From: Adineta vaga | Taxonomy: Eukaryota; Animalia; Rotifera | Assembly: GCA_021613535.1 (NCBI GenBank) | Contig: CP075497.1 | Span: 4,712,001-4,776,000, forward strand | Length of the DNA stretch: 64,000 nucleotides | Reading direction: 5' to 3' | Part shown: piece by piece, positions 53,862 through 64,000 of the stretch | How the letters are laid out: every line of letters starts with the position of its first letter | How positions within the stretch are numbered: the stretch's first letter is position 1 | Translations under genes and position numbers: made by a program | Notes under the pieces: model-generated | What the model saw: only the letters and a program-made list of their open reading frames with translations | Databases searched by the model: none | Told to the model about the DNA's origin: nothing

Positions 53862-54303
53862 TCAGTTACAATTATCAAGGGAACAGAATGTAATACAATC
53901 AAGACTATTTATGCTCTTTATGCATCCACTCATTTGTTCTCCAATGATTTCTTTCATTGCTTCGTATGTCTCCATATCTTTTGAAATACAATCACGTTCT
54001 ATTCCAACTTCACTACCTAAATACATATGTACAAGATAGAAAATGTTTTCTGTCGAAATCATTCAATACCTTTACGATCAAACCATGTAAAGCATAGGCT
54101 TTTGTCATCTTCACAAGTACGAATTTCGATATTGTTCCCTATTAAACAATCACGATTATCTTTTTGACATACTCTGCATTGAAGACTATTATCTAGGATC
54201 ATCTTGAAAATGAGATTATCTTTCGAAAAATTTGAAACTTACTCAAATAGAATGAACAGATAAAACAAACGATTTGAAAAACAAAATATTGCTTCATTAT
54301 CAT
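53862..54303 (-). CDS. Secreted Ly6/uPAR three-finger protein (quiver/sleepless-type Cys pattern)
   Basis: Exons 54303-54243 (signal peptide), 54192-54070 and 54016-53862. Mature LQCRVC...CITFCSLDNCN* has 10 Cys. Confidence 0.85.
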
Positions 54304-55198
54304 TGTTAGAGAGTAGACTTTTAGATAATATGAATAAGAATGTTGATGAGTTCGTGACTTTTTATCTTTAATTAGAAAACTATTTCTTCTAGTTTCAGAC
54401 GATGAGAAAATAAATTATGTCTCCAGATGCCGAACAACCGAGGAAAAAAACTAATAATCTCTTTTCTTGTTGTGATAGATGAGAGTATGAAGAAAAATAC
54501 TTGAGATCTAAGAATAAATTGATATATTCCATAACATTCAATGATTGACATTGATTCATCTGACATCGATTGAAAAAGAAGAAGAAGAAGAAGAAGACGA
54601 CGACGACGACGAGTTGTTCTTTCAATTATTCGACATATTTAGTTGTTTTCATGTTTTGGTCACTAACCCGAAACTAATCTGAAAAAAACGTGTGGGTTAA
54701 TCGGTTCTTGAGTGTCTATTAAGGAATTCTATCATGATGTTATTGTTGTTTAAAATGTCAAAATATCGATTAGATATTAACAAGAAAACACAAAGTTTTC
54801 CACATAGTTAATGATTGAGATAAATCTTCATCTTTTCCATGATTTGACAAGATTATTCCATCGAAAAAAGATTTCATCTTTCGTAGAAAAAACTATTACT
54901 AAGAAGAAACCATTGTGTAAATAATTACTTTCTACATCAGTAACAGAATCAATATAAATTTACTTATCCAGATTAGAAATATTTCTAATGAAACAATTTC
55001 TCAATAAGAAATATCAAAAAGAATTGATGTATATATGCATGTAATCTATACAAAAATCTGTTCTGTTTTATTCGTTTTTTTTGTCGCACACAGGCAAAAG
55101 AAGAAAAAAGATTTTTCGAATGAGAAAAATGAGAACAAAACGAAAAAAAAATATATGTATAGAAGAGAAACAATGATGAAAGATAAGTAATATTATTG

Positions 55199-58100
55199 TT
55201 ACACTTCTCTAAAAAATGAAAATAGAAATTTAGTATTCAATGAATTTTTTATGATAGAATTATCTTACGTTGCATCGAGTGTAGTATTTAGTAATAGATG
55301 ACTTCGAATATCAAATAATTTTCTTGCTGTAACAGGATCTTTTCGATAATCGATGATATTTGTTGGCGTATTATTGTCTAATTTCGTTGCAATCTGTTGA
55401 CTGGATGTCGATTGAATAGAATTTGTCGAAGATATTGTTTGATTATCTGACTGTAGATTATTATTAGATGTCATTCGAATATCATCATCATTATCATCTG
55501 ATAAATCAACACGTGCTTCTGTTGAATCAATTTCATCATCATCAGGATTATGAATAGTCGAATGAATATTTGAATTATTATTAAGAACAATTTCATTTTG
55601 ATCACCCAAAAGAAGATCATCGGTACGTGTTAATTCATCAGACTGATTAAAATCATTCACCGGTATTTTATTAGTTCGTGATGATGATGTATATCTTGAT
55701 ATATTTGCATAATTATTACTTGTTTGATTATTATCATAATCACTTTCATTTCCACTACCAGCAAATGAAGATGATAGGGTATTATGTTGTTCATCAGATG
55801 ATGGCACTGTTCGTCGAATTGGAATTGGTATTGAAGAAGTATTATTAACTTTTGAAGAATCATAAACAATTGTATGTGTTGAAGATCGAAGATCATTTTC
55901 ATCAAATATTCGATGACGACGAAAAGCTGGTTGTTGATGTTGATGATGTCCAAGAGCACTTCGATGATGTGTATGTGTTTGATGACGTTTTTTTACACTC
56001 GGAAATGGTGTTCGACGTAATGATGATTCTGGTGATGATGCATGAGTATTATTTGGTGTTGTTGATTCTAGAAAGGAAAGATGATGATGAATTTAAATCA
56101 AAATTAAAAATTTATTCTTTTTAATATACCATTTGATGATGTGACTGTATTTGTACTTGATGATGATAATCTACTGACTAAATGTGGACTATTCGATTGA
56201 TCAATCATATCACTATTCATTAAATCAACTGGAATTTCTGTTAATAAGATATTTTGTCGATGTGATGATATGGGATTTGATAAATGTTCATAATCATCTG
56301 TACCAATCACAGTTGATGATGAACTTTTCCCATCAATTTCATCGAGTTCATCTGTTATATCATCAATTTTATTAGTTACCGATGGTACGAGAGCTGGTAT
56401 AGATGATGATGTTGTTGTTACTAATGATTCTTCATCAGCACTGAAGAGAAATGAACCAGTTGAACTAACACCACTCGAACTATGAACACTACGAAATGAA
56501 TTTGTATTGCTCAAGTCATTTGTTGGAATTGTTGTTGAATCATTGGTTTTAATTGGTTCATTGTTCCAAGACATTCGTTTTATAATTGCTGTTGATGGTG
56601 TTGATTTCATTGATGATGGATTGATTGATGATGAAGAAGATGATGAGGACGATGGATTTGGTACATGTGTACCTGTACCATCAGCTGTAAAATATCGACC
56701 ATAATTTTTATGATCAGTTCGAGAATTTCTTCGAGCTTGTTCCACAGTTTTAAATACATCTGATTCAATTTTTGATGAACGTCGTTCCGATTCAATAATA
56801 TTACTGATAACAGGTTCTTCTATAGATGAACTATCAAGAGATGCAACATCATGTTTAACTGCTGATAAATCTAATGATATTTCCGATGTTGATGATAGAC
56901 TAGGTAAGGATTGATGTATCGTAGGCGGAATTGAATTGGAAGTAGTTAGTGATATTGTTGATGATGATGATGTTGGATTTGAATTGATTATTGAATGATT
57001 ATGTGCATTTTGTAATTTCATTTTCGATTCTTCCATTAATAATTGAAAATTTGATTTTGTTGAACGAATATTTTCAATCCATTGTTTACTTAAATTCGTT
57101 TGAAATAAATATCCACATTCAATTAAATTATATTCAGAAAAAACGACAATAACAAATGATGCCTAAAACGAAATAATACTACATTCTTTTTTTTCACATT
57201 TATTTCTAATCACTTACAGTATTTGGTTCATTATTACTACCACGTCGATCAAATTCTCGAACATCAATACGATCAATACGTATAGGTGGTTTAAGAATTT
57301 TATTTGATGTCGCTGATGCACTACGACTCGATTGTCCATCATTAGTTATTGATGATAATGATGATGCTGTTGACGATGAAGAATTTATTGTACCACTTCG
57401 TTTAGCAGCTTTTGTTATAAGAAACATATCGGTAAATAAATAACAATAAACATCTTGACTATTTTTGGCATCTTTCATTTTCATCGGTCCTTGTTGAATA
57501 ATCTGACGACGATAGCCTCGTACAAATAATGGCATATCACGAAGAAGATCCAATCGATGAGAACATGAATCACGATTATATTCTTGGAGTATCTAATAAA
57601 AGAGATGACATTTCGAAGATATAGAGAACAAGAAGGACGATATTCTGAGTATACATACGGAAGTGATTTCAGGCGGTGCTGAAACATATTCATATGGACC
57701 AATACGATCACATATCTGACGTACACGTTCTTCTTGTTCTTGACTATGCAACTTTGAATTGACTCGATTAACAAAACTGGCCACATTTTGAATCTAAATA
57801 AATAAGTTGTCTTTTACTTTCATATATAATATCATATAGAATTCTATCTATCTATCTATATATATATATATATATATAAATATTTGTCTTCAATGTCAAA
57901 AGTTCTGATGTTTTCTTCTAATTCCTACGTATGCCGAAGCGAGAAAACATTGATATATATATATATATGTTTTTTCCTTCATCATTCAGCATAAGTCCTA
58001 CAGTGACATTAATTTCGTTACCATTTCATATAGATCATTTCGTTGTTGATTATCTTGTGTTCGTTTCTGTATTGCTTCAAGCAATAATTTATACTGTGTA

Positions 58101-61100
58101 AGTCTTTGTAATGGTTTAATCGTAAGATCCGGAAATGACAAACGGTTTGTAAAGTTAGCTTCAATCCACTAAATAAACAAAAAGTAATCTATCTGTATAT
58201 ATTGATATTTCATTTCCTTACAGTAATTAGATATTGAAAAAGATCATCTTTAGCAAGTTTTTGTTTGAAATATTCTGCACTTGTTTTTTGATCAAGTACA
58301 TAATGAAGATATGATTGAAAATAAATATCAAACTAAAAACGTAAGAGAAGATAAATCAGATGTATTGTTATTAATTATTTTGATCTTATGAGAGAATTGA
58401 GAGGGAAAATATCTCAAGACGCGTAGGTTGACACTCGCGTAGAATAAATAACAATCATCTTAATGTATGAGATGACATTCTATATGTAGCTACTGTTTTC
58501 CTTCTTTTTCATCTTGATTGGCATTTTTCATCAAAGAAATAAACACAAAAATACGCATAGTTATACGCATGAAACTTTACCTTAAGGAAACCTTGCTTTA
58601 AATGAGATGGATTCATTGCACAACCTGTTTGTTCCAGTTTGATTTTAATTGGTAATAGAATATCTTTCCAAAATGTCAAATTTGCTTTTAATACATCTTG
58701 AATATTTGAAAATAATTTATCCATATCAATATCATTGAGAAGTCCATCACGTTGAGATGATTTTAATATCATTACACTCGTCATAAATATATCAGTCATG
58801 GTTAAAATCTGACGTATATAGGAGACTTCAGTTGAAAGCATTTCATAGATTGCTTCTTGTTGAAGTTTGATCGATTCCGACATGAACTAAAGAAAATCAA
58901 GTGTTGACACCTTCATAGAAGAAGAAAAAGAACAAGATAAGAGAAGTTTTCGTCACTTTCTTGTTGATAGTTCATACAATGCACGAAGATAAATCGAGTG
59001 TAGATAGATATCAAATACGATAGATGAGAAGAGAGTTCAGGGTCTAACTTACTGATTTAGCTTGTTCATTTAAAAATGGTTGCCATTCTTTTTCTATCTT
59101 TAAATCACATTCCTCAATTTGTACATTATAATTTTGTAACTGAGCTAATTTGGGTAAACCATGTATTAACCATTCATCACATTTACGACGAACAAATGCT
59201 AAATTACTTTCGGGTCGTTCATTACTGGAATCACTAACATCCTAAAGAACAAAAAGGCAATGTCGAATATATCTTAGGAAAATTGATTTAATCATCATAA
59301 CAAGGAAAGACTTAAGTACCGGATTACTCGCTATATTTCCTGTATTAGTTCCGGAAGGGGAAGAAGATCGGTGATCATTTTGAGATGATATTGAAGTTAT
59401 TGTATGCTGTCGTAACAGTCGACTTGCTGCTCGTTGCCAACGTCTTGTAGTTGGATTTTGATGGTTGGCAGATGATGCTTCTAGTGCACGCCATAATGTA
59501 GCTGTATCATAAGTTGTGATCGAATTTGCTTTCGATAGACGTCGATTCATGATTGACACCTCTCGTACTGTGCGACAATTGTTGATTCGTAATGATATGA
59601 CCAAATAACAAAGGATAAAAAGAGAATGGAGAAGCAGAGAAAAAGAAGAAAATGGTTAAGAGAACGACGTGAAAATCGGCTTTGTGTATATTTCTTTTTC
59701 CACTCTCGCTCGATGTTTTTACGCTTTCCATTCTGAGAGGAAAATATCGAACGTTCTTCTTCTTTTACTGTTCTGATTATGAGATAGATGTCGATAGGAC
59801 TATTAATTTTTGTTTTCGCCAGTAACCCATTATACGTCGAATAGTTACTGATAATGAGAGGGATGGAGTGCCACCATATATTTACATATAGCAAGAACGA
59901 ACGAAACAGTAATTTAATCCACAACATTATTTCATCTTATGACCGTTATTGTTATTACTCTTGTCTCACAAAAATACACATATAAACACGCATATATATA
60001 TATATATATATACTTATTCATTGTAAATAACATTTTCCTATTTTTTTCTATTAGATATTAATCGTATTCAGTAAATGATGGATTAGTTAATTGTTCACTT
60101 ACAGAAATATAGAATGTAGTTTGTTTAGGTTTTAGTGTTCGCCAGAATGAAGCAATCGATGATGTTGATGAACTCGTATTTGATTTATAATAATTAGGTA
60201 AAGACGTTTGATGAGCTTTATCAAACATAACTTGTGAAAAAAAAACCAATTTGTTTTTTTTCTCGTTGTCTCAAACTAGCATAGACAGTAAAGAAGACTT
60301 CTTTCATCGAAAAGTATCATCTATGACTTTTTCTCTATCATTTGTTAACAGATAAGAAATTTCAGTTTTCTTTTAAAGAAAAAAAAACTATGAGTCATAT
60401 AATTTCTCGTTTTACTTTGAGTACACACCTCCGTGCACAGATTTTAATCAAAACGATTAGAATGTCGAATTAAACTTAAGGCATGAACATGCAATTCATT
60501 TATAAGCAACAATTCTCCTAAGACTCTTACAACATTTTTCTTTGTTCACGTTCATACACGCAATTACAATTGTTCATTGACAACAAGATTTAATTCTTAT
60601 GCGAAATACGATGGAGAAAATCCGTTTTCTCATTTTATGGATAATAAGGAAACTATAGTTCGCTATTTTTCTTCGTCTTATTTCCTATATAAACATACTA
60701 TAAAATAGGAATTAGCGGTCAAACTGACACATGTATATACGCACACAGAAATGTGCAGATAAAAGAACATTCCTTACTCGAGTAAAAATGCTGCCAGTAA
60801 AAAGACCGGAGCGAATTGTTTTGCTTAATTTGACATGTTGTTGTGGATTTATTGATTTGAATTCTTGATTATAATTATTATTATTGTTATTAGTTGAGAA
60901 TGTATCGTCATTTTCGGGCACCATGCATTGACTTGATAAACGTTTATTTGCTATTGATGTTGATTTTGAAGTCTGTGAAAAAGAAAAAAGAGAAATTAAA
61001 ATAAAATATTAATTAAAAACATCGTCTTTTTTTGCTTCTCTCTTAACTAAAAAAACAACAACAACAGATCTGGGTAATAATATTGAAAACAGATGAAAAT

Positions 61101-63980
61101 CATTAGAGATGCGTAGGTTTGTTTTTTTAATTAAGCTAGGTAATCAAAGAAATAAAAGGAAATATCATTTCGACGAACGACAATATCAAACTTTATTTAG
61201 TAGAAGACTCCAAAATCTTCTATAGAGATATCTGATCAACGAGAAGATATATTTATCGGACTTTTATATACCAAGCACAAAAACAAAAACAGATAACTCT
61301 ACAATGAGATCTGTTTATTGACAGTAAACAATTATCAAGCTTCATTCTCTGGTTAATATACAGATGTTAAAATAACATAAGCATCAAACTGAAGAAATGA
61401 TATTAAGATGAAAATTGAGACTAAACATTTTCTTCTTGTTAAACTATCATATAAAGTATAAGTGGTACTTATTATTTTTTTTCTTCGATAATAACATCAA
61501 GCAAGACGAAGAAAACAAACGAACAATATATCTGTGATATCCATCGCATATAACGATTAGATATGCTCTAGGGAATTGTCTTCTCTTTCGGTTATGATTA
61601 TAACGATGGCAAACAGGTGGGGTTTTGTCAAGTCCTGTAATTATGTTTTTTTTTCTTCATATGAAAAACAAAATACGTAATAATGATCACCAAATATCTA
61701 TCAACCATTACATACAACTGTCTACAATATTTTATTGATGATTAATTTTACTTACGGCTATTAAAATTGCTGAACCTGTTGAATTTCGTTTATCATTTCG
61801 TTCTTTTCCAACTGAAGTCTTTTCTAATGCGCGATGATTCATACGTGAACATGATGTTAAGCCATGTTCTTTTTCTAAATGAAAGAAAAATAAAAGATTT
61901 AATACATATGGATCAATATAAAAGATTTAAATTGAAATAAAATAAAGAAAGAAGAGAGAAGAAATGAGAGACCATTTTGTTTCAATTGATAGGATATTGC
62001 AGCAGATGTAGCCGATGATGGTCCGTTGACACAGATTGTCTGTTCATCTCCGCTTGAAGATAGAAAGGCTACATCGTCACAGCTGACACTTTTTTGCTTA
62101 AGCAAACAAGCTGCAACCATTGATCCAGTGATTTCTCTTGTATTGATAACATTTGGATCATCAGAGAGGCCATTTTTTCTTGTTCGTAATTGATGTTGAA
62201 CTGGTAAAACATGTAAGTCTTCATTCGATGACGATCCAGGTGGAGAATCCACTTCAGTGAGAGCACAATTCCAAACAAATGTAAATGTTGATGAAGCCGA
62301 ATTTGTTGTTGTTGTTGATGTTGGCGATGGCGAGGGTATATATGGTAAATGATCGCTACTATTTGAACAATAAGATTTTCGACGATATTTCAAAACATCG
62401 GATAATTGACGACAGATTGATAAACGACGAAGAGGTGATACGAGAGGTGGATGAGAACCAGCTGATGCTACTCCTTCGTTAGACATCGGAATTTGAATGA
62501 ATGAATAAATGTAACGATGAATATTGTCTTCTGTTTCTTCTTTTTTTTTGATAGACAATTCATTCACAATAGAGTTAAAGACAAAGAATAACGATGCAAT
62601 TTCTTATTCTTTCTCTCCCGTCGATCTCTCTTGCTTAGATTTTTTTTGACAATAAGTAAGAGACTATGTATGCCGCAGGGTTGACAATCACTACTACTAT
62701 ACTACTACTACTACTATTAGTAATAGTCGAAGAAGAGAAATTGTATATACATAGAGAAGTTCGATAGAAAGAAGAGAAAAAAGAAATTATATAACATCAT
62801 CAACTAGAAAATGCGACAATAACAATAACAAGCGCGACAATAGTATTTCTAATCAAGGAGGAGTTTCTCTCATTGAGATTTGTCTGATTTTTTTTCTATA
62901 CATCAATAGCATATTGTCTGGTATTCTGGTTTTTTCATTTTTTTTGTTCTTTAGAGATATACTAATTCAATTTACAGATATAGTTTAAGCTTCGATAAAC
63001 AACAGAAGCAATGATACATAAAGATTCTTCCAAATGTTGCATCATACATTGAATATGTATGGATATTTCGAGTGTATGTACCAAGTGATTTTGAAGAGAA
63101 AGAAAGAAAGAAAGAGACAAAAGAGTTTTGAGCTTTAATTAGAAGAGTAGAAGTTATGTCATGAATCATTTGAGTTTTTCTTAATACCTGTAACGACTAG
63201 ATCATTCAACAGCAGATGTTTGACTGGTTGATCCAAGGACAATGGTAAAGTTGGTGCACTTCGTAGACAAATATTACATCTTTCGATATTCAATTGATAT
63301 TTTTCGAATAATTGTACTAAGATTTCTCTAGAAGAGAAATATTTATAACATTTTGATTTCTATTGATTGATTATTTATCATTTACCTTAATGTTGTATTT
63401 TCAGATAGATCCGAATATTTCAAAGATTCACGAAAATTTTGTCCATTTACATCAATAAAATAAATATAAGTTCCATCCTAACAACAAGACAATACAATAA
63501 GACATAAACATTACCAATTAATCTCAAGGTCAATATATTTTTCTCACATATTCACTATATTCAATTTGCATTAAGAATCACAACCACATCAATTGAAAAC
63601 CTCTCATTTCTTTCTATTAATTTTTTTTTGTCTACCCAAACAACACATACTTATAGCTGTAATTTGACCTTCCCAATAAACATCTATTATCAAATAAATA
63701 ACTCTCCCGAATAAAGGTAAATCAAAACGAAGGTTTTGAATATAAGTCACTCAAATCTCATTGATTTTCGTTTATTGGTACAAATACAAAAAACCTTGAT
63801 TTTGCGAATCAAACTTACTGTTGTTGTTGGTAAATTTTCTTCCGATAAAGCATGCTTTCGTTGATCAAGATGATTCACATGTGTCGAATCATTGCTCATA
63901 GATGAAGTCGAATGATTTCGATTTGAACCGGTTGATGTAGTTAGATTAATAACTGAAACACTAAATTGTTTACCAGCCAT
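55199..63980 (-). CDS. PLEKHG5: DH-PH RhoGEF, PLEKHG5/Syx-like, with N-terminal RBD-like domain and C-terminal PDZ-binding motif
   Basis: QQEAIYEMLSTEVSYI, LFSNI, KPLQRLTQYKLLLEAI (DH); YCYLFTDMFLITK..KPPIRIDRI (PH). The C-terminus IRSHLLLNTTLDATEV uses a micro-exon at 55208-55199. Confidence 0.88.
57843..57878. repeat. (TCTA)n(TA)n microsatellite in a RhoGEF intron
   Basis: Direct reading of the sequence. Confidence 0.85.
62691..62716. repeat. Imperfect (CTA)n microsatellite
   Basis: Direct reading of the sequence. Confidence 0.7.
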
Positions 63981-64000
63981 ATTTGTCTATTTAAAAATGA

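Overview
AT-rich, gene-dense eukaryotic (metazoan) DNA with many ~45-65 nt GT-AG introns and CGA/CGT/TTA-rich codons. The style fits a bdelloid rotifer (inference, not proven). Splicing exons by hand gives about 23 protein-coding genes: Hsp70 (5' end, with TATA and HSE), a neuronal calcium sensor, an ankyrin/SOCS-box protein, a coiled-coil (Ndc80-like?) protein, gephyrin, a coiled-coil+SGNH esterase protein, a myosuppressin/DMSR-like GPCR, a cationic amino-acid transporter, TMEM45, a metallophosphoesterase, dopamine/tyramine beta-hydroxylase, a claudin/PMP22-like protein, a TRPA channel, a large ankyrin protein, a class I glutamine amidotransferase, PHYH, a small single-TM protein, NDUFB3, two tandem Cdc42 genes, a potato-inhibitor-I protease inhibitor, GCAT, a secreted three-finger protein and a PLEKHG5-like RhoGEF. 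There is also a U1 snRNA gene. The most notable points are: an intronless, bacterial-style GATase nested antisense inside a host intron; an intron-containing gene resembling a domesticated LINE ORF1 esterase; a RhoGEF with four candidate first exons and an intron-retention switch for its PDZ motif; two apparent 1-nt frameshifts in neighbouring genes; and a U1 with a variant 70K loop. No intact transposon, tRNA, rRNA or CRISPR was recognised. No database searches were run; family calls come from motif recognition.
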